A DNA stretch of 64,000 nucleotides, from the NCBI GenBank assembly GCA_028534125.1, contig CM052817.1, positions 78,680,001-78,744,000 of the forward strand, given 5' to 3'. The notes under the pieces are model-generated. The model saw only the letters and a program-made list of their open reading frames with translations. It made no database searches and was not told the DNA's origin. Position numbers and translations under genes: made by a program. This stretch comes from Lama glama (taxonomy: Eukaryota). Shown piece after piece: positions 37,740-48,622 of the stretch (positions within the stretch are counted from its first letter, which is position 1; each line of letters begins with the position of its first letter).

Positions 37740-38900
37740 GTGCTTTTCCTTCTTAATCTCAGCCTGCCTGGACCCAATTTCCACCACCTTCACTTCACTG
37801 AATCTGCTTCCATCAGAATCACTGAAGCCCTTCCACGTACTCTCTGGAGACAGCACTTAAAAATCTTTGTTTCTCACCCATTCAGCTTAACATCTTTTCT
37901 CCTCTAATAGTCCATAACTATTTTTTTTTCCATGAATTTTCTCAACCCCCAACTTATCCCCATGGCTTCAGTTCCCATCTATTTGCTGACAAAGAGACAC
38001 CCTCACCCCCAGCCTCCCAGCCCCCAGCCCCAGCTCCATCCAGGTCAGTGTCGTCACTGCCAACCAGTCATACCTTGTGGTGGTTTCCAGAGAAGCTCAA
38101 ATTCAATTTGTTCCTCACTGCACATAGTGACATCACCATCCATATATCTGACCAAGTCAGAAATGTGGACATCTTTCTTATTCCTTTTTCTCCTTTGTCC
38201 ATTACTTCCAATCAGTGATTAATTGATTTTCTATCCTTGACAGCCCTCAAAGCAATCTATACCTTTTTGTCTTAACTACCATTCACTCAGGTCAGGCTAC
38301 ATTATCTCTCACCTGACTTCCTGCCACAGCCTTGTAACTGATCAGCTCACCTCCCAGTCTCAGCAGCCCCCAAACCACTGTCTATGCTGCAAGTAGGATT
38401 TTTTTCCTTTCATACAAATATGATTTTATTACATCTCTGCATTAAGCCTTTCCATATTTCCCTACTGTCCTCACAATAGAACCAGCAAGTCTTAACTTGG
38501 TGTAAAAGACCGTCACGAAACAACTCAAAGAGGTCCTTAGCCTCATCAGTTACCACGGCCCCACCCTCACCCCCAGCCATTTCTCACATAAAGTTAACTT
38601 CTCTAGATTTACTGAATGGCTTCCACTTCCTAAAATGCATCATGATTTCTCTTGCCAGGTCTTTAAATGTGCTGCTTCCTTTATTCATCATGCACCACCC
38701 AGACCTGTCCCCACATCAACTCAAATGTCGCCTCCTTAGGCACACCTTCCTGACCCCTGTCACTGAGTATCCCCCACCTTGGGCACCCTGTTTGATTATT
38801 TGTTATCACTCCTGTTAGTCTATAGGTTCCTTGAAGACAAGGAGGGTCTCTTATTCATTGTTGAATCTCTGGTGCTTATTAAATATTTACTGAGTGAATA
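37740..38900 (+). mobile_element. L2 LINE 3' portion
   Basis: Pyrimidine-rich body (attatctctcacctgac...acagccttgtaactg; tcaaatgtcgcctcctt), ending ggtgcttattaaatatttactgagtgaat. Confidence 0.75.
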
Positions 38901-40429
38901 TAAGCTAAAGATAAAATACAAAGATCAAAAGAAACTAGATGTATGAAAATGAAGTTCAGCTCCTTTGGTTATCCTCTGAGGAAGAGAACACAGTATGCAG
39001 CCTCGTGATGGCTTCTATGAAAGCTCTTTACATTACCACCAGAGAAGATAGCTTAAAGAACCAGTCTACCCTGTTTAAACAACACACATGGTAAGCTGCT
39101 CTTACTGCTTCTCTTTACTTGGCCTATTTTGTTCTTTACTGCCCTCAGGTTCTGGTTAGGGCCGCCTTGTTTTATTATGGCCTATTTCCCTAACTTCAAA
39201 TTTCAAGGCTGGGGATGGGTGGGGGAGGTTGGCTCTGTCCTTTCTTTCCAGAAGGTTTTTGGGCTCCTTGCACAACTTTATCCACCCCCTTCCCTAAGCT
39301 TTGCACATCAAAAGGCAGAGATACATTAAAAAATCAAAGCAACAAGAAAACAAAACCTCCAAAACCCCAAAATTACCCCAAAGTCAAAAGATTCTGCATC
39401 TGAGTCATCCTCTGAGGGCAAGGTGTGACTCTTGGCTATTCAGAATATCCTCTACTCTCCCTCTCAGGAGCCCTCCATCACAGAAGTTCTGTTCAAGATG
39501 ACTTGGTAGATTCCGGAGCCAGTGAGTGAAGAGGTGGTTACAAGAGCTCCTTTAAAGGTTATTTTTAAGTCACCTTTTTGAAAGGGAACATGCTTCTGAT
39601 TCTTTCCTACTTTTTCCTCATTTAGTCTTTAATGCAACACAAAAGCAAGAGAATTTGAAGACTAGAAAATGCTAAAAAGTAATATATAAAATCTTGTCAG
39701 GACAAGCTGGCAAGGGACTGTTCCAGTTTTAACAATGTGAAATTAAAATGTAATTTTACCTCCTTTCTGGTAAATTTTTAAATTAGTCATGACATGTATA
39801 AATGAGCATTGCAGGGAAAATATGCAAAGCAAGGACTCTGCGTCAAACAGCTCTTCATCTGGGAGAGGCAGTGCCGTCCTTCACCAAAATACTCTGTTTT
39901 CCGTATCCACTTGCATGCAAGAAAAAGCAGGGATGGGCCCTCCCAGAGAAGGAAGGACTTGTAAGAACAGGGCTGTGTCTGCCTTTTTCCCTGTTAGCCA
40001 CGGGTAAGACAGTCCTGGACTTGTCTCTGGAAAACCACATCATCCACTGTTCTTCCCGGGCACGAGCTTGTCTTCTCAGTCCTTGCATGAATGTTGAGGT
40101 CAGGTGGACCTCATGGGGGTCCTTATGTAGGGCTTCTGGGTCCCCCAAGGAAGCCAGGGCAAGTGGAAGGGGTGGTGTATGGACAGTTAGAGGGCCTGGC
40201 TATATCTGGAGAGTTAAGAAGGGACCAGAAGAGATCCTAGCAGCTCTTTCTCACTCTTAGAAGGGGGATAGTATTTTTAGAAGACTAGAAGGATGTATTT
40301 TATTCCCTCCTATGAATCCTGCTCCCCTGAAGTCCCCAGGCTGAGCTCTGAAGCCTGTAGGAAAGGAGAGGACAGATCCCTCCAAGAACAGAGGTCCGCC
40401 ATCAGCCTTGCCTCTTTTTAAAAAAAAAA

Positions 40430-40740
40430 ATTTATTATTCTTATTTTTTATTGAAATGTTTTTTTAGTTGAATATAATCGATTTACAATGTTAGTTTCAG
40501 GTGTACAGCAAAGCGATTCAGTTATACATATATATGCATACATACACGTATTTTCAGTTTCTTTTCCATTGTGGCTCATTACAAGAAATTGAACATAAAT
40601 CTCTGTGCTATACAGTAGGTCCTTGTTGTTTATCTATTGCAAATATAGTAGCATGTGTCTGTTAATCCCAAACTCCTAATCTATCCCTCCCCTGCCCCTT
40701 CCCTGCTGGTAACCACAGTTTGTTTTCTATGTCCGTGAAT
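40430..40740 (-). mobile_element. Cetartiodactyl L1 3' UTR fragment
   Basis: gatttacaatgttagtttcaggtgtacagcaaagcgattcagttatacat...tgtgctatacagtaggtccttgttgtttatctatt...ggtaaccacagtttgttttctatgtc. Confidence 0.88.
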
Positions 40741-41919
40741 GTAGGGCAAAACAGTCGCCCTGAAGCACAGTCTTTATCAAAATGCGAAAGGGTATTCTAA
40801 CTTATCTATTAAACATACCAAAATCCTGGCCTGGTAGCTTGGATCCTCCAGTTTTCTGTAAGGGAATTCCTCACCCAAGAGGAAGAAAAATAGAAGAGTC
40901 TGGCTGGTGGGAGGAAGGTGAGCAGAGAAGACTGGAAGCATCTCCAGATGTCCTGTCTCCAAGCAAAAGTCCTGGATGTAGGAAGTATGCTTAATAATTT
41001 AATAGCAGTGCAACACACGACAACAACAACAACAGCCAGAGACTTTGGCATCTTTCTTCTTTGAGGATCCACAAACTGGGTGACCACGTGGTCAGAGTGG
41101 AGGGTCTGAGTCCAACTTTCCAGAGTCCCCAACAAACTCAGGACGTGAATGTATTCGGAACTCCTTGAGTTCCCCTGGAGGGATGTGGAAGGCAGGCAGT
41201 GGTCCCCTCCCACTAGCTTAGTTGAAGGAGGGGTGTCGCTGCAGCACAGGCAAAATGCCACTGGATCCAAGACCACAAACTTAGGCTCCAGTAGGAGTTC
41301 CATCCCGGTCTCAAGAACAGAAATAGAACCAGTAACAGCTGAGGCAGAGCCTAGTGAGCTGGGAGGGGCCCTGAGAAAGCTGAGTTCATCACCTGAAAAA
41401 TTCAGCTTCATATTCCAAGAGGTTGTACAGTTAATATGGTAATACAGCACAAGTAATCAGGTGGAAGGGACATCGCGTGGAAACCAGAAGAGCTGAAGGC
41501 TCTGCTAGGACCTGAGCAGAGACCACCAAGATGCCCCCTTTTCCTTGCTAGAAGGATACACAAGCTCTCCACTCCCCAACACACACGCCTGGGGAGTCTG
41601 TCTGTCTGCTGGAGTCTATCTGTCTAGAGCACTGGGGTGGAGGAGGAGGCAATTTCTGAAAGACAAAGTGTTATACAAGAGCATATGTGTATTACTAGAT
41701 CAAATCCAGTTTTTCCAAGTGGGTTTTTCTCTACAGCTCAGATGAGGAGGTGCTCAGGAGAAAGACCAGTTGAGTTCTGGAAAAGGAAGAAATTCTATTT
41801 TGCTTGGACATCTGAATTAATCTGCATCTCCGCTACACTTCTCTGAAAATACCCAGAAGGCAGTTTCTATGCTCTCTTTAAAGTGAGTGACTCTCTGCAG
41901 GTAACTGAAGCTGCCTCCA

Positions 41920-42340
41920 GGAACGTTCCCCCAGCTGGTGGACTGGTGCGCCCAAGTTCCCCCAGGGAAGGCTTCGGGGCCAACTTCCTGATGGGCAGCT
42001 TTTCGCTCTAAACTGCCTTCCCCCGCAGACGCATCCTGTTTGCAAAGGAGCTGGTTGCAAAGGAGCTGGCTGTACTAAGGCGAAAAAGATCGGTACTAGT
42101 TCCACTGTTTCTTCAGTTCAAACAATGCAAAAGGCTTTAAAAAAAAATAGTCTTTGGCCACTTCTCTGTTGGGAACTGATGTTAACAGCTTTCACTTGTG
42201 GAGCTGCCGCTGCTGCCGAGGAGGAAGTCTGGTGGGGCGGAGGGCGCCAGTGGTCCAGGCTTGGGCTGTCTGCGCCGCCTGCAACCCTGCTACTTGCGGG
42301 ACTTTAGCGCCGTGGTTCGAGTCCTGCCTACTGACACGTC
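41920..42340. promoter_or_regulatory. CpG-retaining promoter/enhancer-like patch
   Basis: About 19 CpGs in ~420 bp (counted by eye) in a CpG-poor window; GC box ggggcggag at ~42234; ETS-like acttcctg and ggaagt; B-box ggttcgagtcc at 42314. Confidence 0.55.
42040..42069. repeat. Perfect 15-bp tandem duplication
   Basis: ttgcaaaggagctgg x2. Confidence 0.95.
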
Positions 42341-42849
42341 CTCCCTGCTGCTGTGACTTTAAATTTCTGCAGTATGAAAACAGACACCCTGATCCACTGA
42401 GTTACATGGCCAGGGTATGCTTTTTTTTTTTTTAGATTTTAATCTAAGATTTTATTTTATTAAGACTCAGCTCCTCCAGGCAGTTTTCATTTGACTTTGG
42501 TTGGTTGATGAACGAAATAAGGTCAAGGCACTAGCTTAAATACAGACCTATCTGGTCTTCATTTCTGTCTTTGGTTTTTACAAACTAGAGAGGAGTTGAG
42601 TCATGAAAAAAGTTCATATGTTTGGAAAATTATTTGGGGGTGTGTGTGGAGGATATGCCCCAGTAATTGCCTGGTTAGCACATTTTATCAGGGCTTGTTG
42701 TGTGTCTAAAACTGTGTCTGTAAAATGTAACGTGTGGTTTCCTTCTCTCCCAATAATAAGCAACAAGTTCTCCTTTGAATAAATGCTCTTGGTGATTCAT
42801 CCTCACTATGCCCTGTATCAGTGATTGCTACCCCCTCACCCCGCCCTCA

Positions 42850-43040
42850 TGGACTCAAAAAACATTTACTGAGGACCCACTATGCTCCAGACATGGAGTA
42901 AGTCTGCAGAGGTCAACAAACGCTAGTTCTAGCCTTCAAAGAGTTCACAGGGTAGGCAAGGAGAAGAATGTTTCAGAAACAATCGTGAACATCGTGAATA
43001 TCTCATGACAGCCAAATGGTGAGACATGCGTAAGGAACAT
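42850..43040 (-). mobile_element. L2 3' fragment
   Basis: ctcaaaaaacatttactgaggacccactatgctccagaca...ctagccttcaaagagttcacag. Confidence 0.65.
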
Positions 43041-43574
43041 ACTGGCCTGCATTAAATGCCATCTGTGTCTGTGAGCCAGAAATGTTCACTCTGGACAACT
43101 TGTACATAAAGTACAGAGGCCAGATCTGGATCCATGTCATAATGCCACCACCGCCCCCAATTCAGGGATACCAAGACAAACCTTTTTGACTAATCTACAA
43201 GGTATTTTTAGATTACTCAAAAGAAAAGTTGTAGGTGTTGGGGAACAAAGAGGGAAGTTCCTCTAAAATATCATTGTCAAGGAAACAATCCAGGGGACCA
43301 TGATGCATGGCAAGAATGACCCTAACTGGTGGCAAGTGACCTGTGTCAGTTGCCTTTAGTTCTCCCTCCATCGGATGCCCCTAATCCCCACTGTCCTCTG
43401 CCCCTCCCTTGTCATACTTTCTAGTGGCATGCGTTCTTCTTCCACTTCTAAGCTTTCATCTATTTCTAAATTTGAAAGTTCATGTTTTATCCACCTCACT
43501 ATGTCCCACTTTTTAAACCCCAGATTAATTTCCCCCCCCAAACACTTCCCTTTCAGCTTCCCTCCACTACCTTG

Positions 43575-43750
43575 AACAGAGAGTCAGGAGAACTGAGTTT
43601 TAGTACTGGTTCCACTGCCGCCTAGCTGCGTGACAGCGCTGGATAACTTCCTAAGCTTGTGGGGTCTCACTAGCCTCATCTGTCAAGGGAGGGGATCTGC
43701 GTCACCAGTCTCCAGGCTCTTTTCTGGTTGTCTGATCTCACGGTTTTGTG
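43575..43750 (+). mobile_element. MIR/MIR3 SINE
   Basis: gagtcaggagaactgagttttagtactggttccactgccgcctagctgcgtgac...gcctcatctgtcaa. Confidence 0.7.
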
Positions 43751-44789
43751 AATTTTCCCAGAAAAGTCAAGTTCCAGAAGCTTTGTGAACATTTCTCCAG
43801 CCATTATTTGAAGTTCCTAAACCCATTTTCCTTTCATTCTTTGGCTAAAACTTGCAAACATAGAACTATCTGGATCTCAACAAGCCTGAATCTTTTGGGG
43901 CTGTTGGCTTCCCAGAGCTGAGAAAGAGAAATGAGGGTTTTCCTAGATATTTTCAGACACATAGACATATTCAGGACTGAAACCCAAGTTTTTTCCACTG
44001 TCTGTTTACTGCCATTCTCCCTGGCATTTTCGTCTTTTGAGAAATGCCAGAAGCCATCCACAGAGGCAGCTGCGCTCTCTCCCAGTACTTTTGAGGGAAG
44101 GACTTAAATGTCGAAGCCTGCCCGAGAGTCCCTTCCTTCCTTCCCAGCTGAGACCTTCAGCTTTTTGCCTTCACTCCAGCGGGCCTCTCGGTGTCATTAA
44201 ACCAAGCCCCACCCAGGCCTGGCTCCTCCGAGGCTCAAACTGTCCCCTTGGATGTATGTAGTAATCTGAGTCAGAATCTTTCTTTCAGTTTGAAGACCTT
44301 TTCTGCATACTTGAACACTCAGTTTGTTAGCCGGGGTCTTCTGAGGTTCTTCCCGCCATCCGACTGCTCCGCTCCAACTTCCACACCCCCATCTATTTCA
44401 CTTTCAAACCACAATTCTCCATTTTTCTCCCTGGCCCTGGCTGACCGAGTTCATACTCTGATGATGGTGGATGCTCAGATGGGCCTGTAACTGAGGCCAG
44501 AACCCCAGAGTATCTAGGAAATGTGAGCCAGGCCCTGTCATGGAAACATCTAGCAGAAACTGAGCCCCAGGTAGGCTTAGGCATCTGGAGAGCATTCTCC
44601 AAGGACGTGCTTCGGCATCACTCCCTTGTCCCCTCCCCTGTCCTGCTGGTAAATTCATCCACCTCCGCTGTAAACTTTCTGATCTATGATAGATTGTACT
44701 TGTCTAATGAACGTCAAGGATCATCCCCTAACTATTAAAGCTACAGTTTAGCCAGGCCTACTATAGATCTATGGGCTAATTACAATGAA

Positions 44790-45813
44790 ACAAAAGACAT
44801 CCCATGTCTTCCAGTATTTTTTCCAAGATCCTAGGGAGGTTATAGCCAAAGTGATGTGGTGACTTTTTGATGTCAGTGGGCCAAAACCTCCACCTTCAGA
44901 ATATGCTAAGGCTGCTATTTTCTGAACAAGCATCTCATAAAGAAGCCTGTAGCTTAGTTGCATCCACACAGAACAACAATTACCTCACCTTTTTCTTCTT
45001 TCTAATCATTCCCCAGTCCTCAGCTTTATCTCACAAATAATTGGAGCCTCTTGCCTTTGGGAAGTGGGTTTGAGATTTGTCTCCTCACTTGAGTGTCTCG
45101 TGAATAAGCCCCTTCTCTGCTGCAAACCTCGGCATCTCAGAGTTTGGCTTGCTGCACTGATACAAGAAAAAATGGGAGCGAGAGGATGGCCATGTCCCAG
45201 GTCTCGGCTGAGTCCCTGGGATGCACCCCGCCAAGTGAGGGTCCTTGGCTTCAGCACAAGAAAGAATTCAAGAGTGAGCAACAGTTGAGTAAACATAGAT
45301 TTATTCAAAGATATATACACTCCAGAGACAGAGTGCAGGCTGTCTCAGAAGGCAAGAGAAAGGCTGAGGAGATACACTTTCCATAGGCATAATGCAGGCC
45401 ATCTCACTCAGAAGAGAGAGCTGTGGACTGAGAGCATGGGTTGGCTAGGAAAAATGAGATCAGCAGCCTTGAGGTTTGGAAGCTGTTAGTTTTTACGGGC
45501 TCTGTAACTTCATATGCTAACAAGTGGGAGGGTTATTCCAACTATTTAAGGGAAGGGGCTGAAATTCCCAGGAATTGGGCCATTACCCACCCTTTGACCT
45601 TTTATGGTCAGCCTTGAAACTGTCCTGGCACCTGTGGAAGTGCCATTTAGCAGCTGTTGTATTTCAATTAGCATATGTTGAAACCCAAGGTCTCCAGGGA
45701 GGTGACATTTCCACCATCTTGGTGCTGACTGCTGTGCCATTCTTTTAATGGCTGTGCCCCGCTCCCTTCCCTCCTGTCTCAGAACAACCAGCAAATGAAC
45801 CTGGTTCAGTAAG
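44790..45813 (+). mobile_element. Older ERV1-class LTR, split by a younger LTR
   Basis: tttgagatttgtctcctcac...gtgaataagccccttctctgctgcaaacctcggcatctcagagtttggcttgctgcac | resumes gcaaatgaacctggttcagtaaga; 5' boundary uncertain. Confidence 0.6.
45158..45781 (-). mobile_element. Younger ERV1-class solo LTR (624 bp)
   Basis: TG...CA termini with imperfect inverted ends (tgatacaaga / tcctgtctca); 4-bp TSD gcac/gaac; tttatt at ~45300 is AATAAA on the minus strand. Confidence 0.8.
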
Positions 45814-45915
45814 AGGGACAATACCAGTTTGTGTCCTTTCTCACTTTGTCTTTATGAATGGAGCCCATTTCACTCTCTAAAGTGTTCCAATTTAGGTAAT
45901 AAATGATACAATCTA
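45814..45915 (-). mobile_element. MER81-like hAT-Blackjack fragment
   Basis: gggacaataccagttt...gcccatttcactctctaaagtgttccaatttaggtaataaat resembles antisense MER81. Confidence 0.55.
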
Positions 45916-48263
45916 CAATCAGTTTGGGCACTGAGTGAGTGTTCTGTACGTGTGGCAAAAATCCTGCCTCCCTATGCTGCTGTCAAGTGGCCCACTTTAT
46001 TATGTGTTGAAGCTAAGGAATGACATGGTCCCTTGTGTTTCTAAAGCATATTTGGCCTGTGATAGAAAGGAAATCTACAAAATGAGCCTTGCTAAATTCC
46101 TTTGATTCTTTATAGAAAAAAAAAGATAGCACTTATAGCAGTAGAGAGTTAGTTAAAAATAACTGATCATTCAGTTAAATCTGTTCATGGGGAAATTAGA
46201 AAGCAATCTTCTAAAAGAATGTCAATGTGACCTGCTATGTTCCCCACCCTCTGGGCAGGTTATCTGTGGCTCATTACTGGGCTGATAGATCACTCTTCAC
46301 AGATTCATGTTCAGTCAAGGAGCTGCACATTTAGCCACATAATTGCTCTTGCCATATTTCCACATAATGATGAAATTAATAGCCAGTTTTTAGCTTTATC
46401 AAAAAAGTAAGTAAGTCATACATTTGAAAAGACAAATTTAAAGCTTTTGTTTCAACAAAGAGGAGAGTATAAATTTTGTTTAACTGATATAATTGAGTTA
46501 TTGTATGCATCTTACCCTCTGGCAAATGATGGCTTTTAAATAATGACTCATGTTTTATTGGCAAAAGAACTCCAAGGCATACCAGTGTCATGAGAGATAC
46601 GGCCATGTAATGTGTTGGAAAGAGCACTGACATCTAATATTAATAATGATAATAATAATAGCTAAAATTGAGTAAGTTTCCTGAATGTAGGCATCCCAGT
46701 AAACACTTTATGTGCAGTATTTCAATTAATCCCACAGCAACCCTGCATTAGATGTGCTAGAGGGATATCGTGGGACTGTATTTGTGGGAGTTCTCAATCT
46801 ATCTACCAATGGTCCGTTCTAATGATTTTTTCATGAACTTTCCAGTGATGTATTTTAAATACATATTTAAAGGATTCTCTGTTTCAATGCTGGAAAATAT
46901 TCTCATGAGTGTGGATTACTGTATCTGTAGATTAGAAATTATTTATATTTAGTCAGAAGATTGACAGATGGAATGATAATAGGTAGGACATATTAAAGAC
47001 ACTCTGTAAACCCTGTCAGATGATAGCAGAGAGGCTGATAGTTAAAATTTTTGCAAATCTAAATCTGATGATTGAAATATCGATCAGAGGAAAATTGTGT
47101 GTAGTATTAGATGAGAATCATACGTTGAGGCAGGGAACCAGGGTTTAAAAAGGTGGGTGGATATTACTGGAAACCCTCAGAAAAATCCCCTACATGGGTC
47201 AGAGGCCCTCTTGACACTGCCATGTCCAACTTTTCCTTCTAAAGTAACAAGTTGAGTTCAATAGGCTATGACATTTAGCTATTGTCAAACCAGATGTGCC
47301 ATATTTTTTTCAAGAGCAAAGCTTAACCAAACCAATCTCTTTTTATTGCCTGAGGGAGATGACAAATAATTCCTACAAATCTACTCGAAATTTATTTGTT
47401 TATAAATCTCATTTCCCTGGAATTTTGTTTATATATATATATGAATTTTGTATTATATATATGGTATTTTCCCTATGTAGTCCAAATGTGATAGAAAAAA
47501 AAAACATTGGGTATCACTGTGGGTTCCTAATGTGGCAAAAGTAATAAAGAGGGTCAGAGGACTGCCACCTCCAACCATCTGGAGGAATAGTCCCCACTTA
47601 TCCTCACAGTGGATCGGCCTCAGTCTGTACTAGGGTGAAGGACCCACTTAGTTTCACACTTACTGACAAGTGAGTGATGCCACTTGAGGGTCTGGAAACA
47701 TTAGCATCAAAAAAAAATCCTCTCCATTTGTATGGCATTATATATGGTGGAGGAATAAAAGGAGAATCAAACCTTTCAAAAGTCCCTACCCCTTGGTATC
47801 TTACATTTTCAAACATATGACAATAGAAAAGATCAACTACCCATAAGGCCCAGAGGGTGGAGGCATTCTTAATTTTGGCAGGCTCCAGAAGAGTGAGCTC
47901 CACAGGTCAGGTATAAGGGTAGGATTCTCATCCTAGCCTAAGGGCCTGACACCTGGGACACAAAGAGATACTTTAAGCTACCATCATTCTACAATTGGAC
48001 TACTCCCAACGGCGAGGTCTCATGTTTGGTACAGCACCTCAAATTGGAAGAGTCCAATTAACAACTTCTATCCTGAATTCCCAAGAATTTTCTCTGTCAT
48101 CTACTTATTCATAGAGCCTGGAGCTGGCCATAGATTCATTTCTCACCAAAGCATAAGACAGTATAGCTCTCTTCCTCTTCTATATTTTTTGCTCTGTGAG
48201 TTCAAGTGGATACAGAGGAATGCAAGGAGGATGCAATGAAGTCACTTAGAAAACAAAAACCCC

Positions 48264-48368
48264 ATGAATATACATATGTATATGTATGACTGAACTATTA
48301 TTATGCTGTACACCAGAAATCGACACAACATTGTAAACTGACTATACTTCAATTAAAAAAAAATTTAA
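48264..48368 (+). mobile_element. Very short (~105 bp) camelid-type L1 3' terminus with TSD
   Basis: tatgactgaactattattatgctgtacaccagaaatcgacacaacattgtaaactgactatacttcaatt(A)n; TSD agaaaacaaaaaccc (48248) / agaaaacgaaaaccc (48369). Confidence 0.9.
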
Positions 48369-48504
48369 AGAAAACGAAAACCCTCATCCATTTTTCCTTT
48401 AGGTTCTAACCTTGACTAAGTTCTAGATTAAAATCAAAATTAAGGAGGAAAGTTAGGGAAATTTTATTAGTTGATGAAAGTTCTATTCAGATTCAATGTA
48501 AAAA

Positions 48505-48622
48505 AAAGATTATCACTCCTATTTTAGATATGAGAAATCTGAAGCTTAGAATTAAATGACCTTGCTAAGCTAGTACTTCAACCCAAATCTGTACTTATTC
48601 TAAAATGTGTCCTCCTAACCAC
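48505..48622 (-). mobile_element. MIR fragment
   Basis: attatcactcctattttagatatgagaaatctgaagcttagaattaaatgaccttgctaag...aacccaaatctg. Confidence 0.65.

Noticed and set aside
39802..40260. 152-aa plus-strand ORF
   Set aside because: No recognisable homology or exon context, and overlapping ORFs in other frames suggest chance.
40809..41450. 213-aa minus-strand ORF and overlapping 97-aa plus-strand ORF as protein-coding genes
   Set aside because: The long ORF has a non-ATG start, no recognisable domain and a poly-Val stretch from a (gtt)n repeat; ORFs of this length arise by chance in GC-richer DNA.
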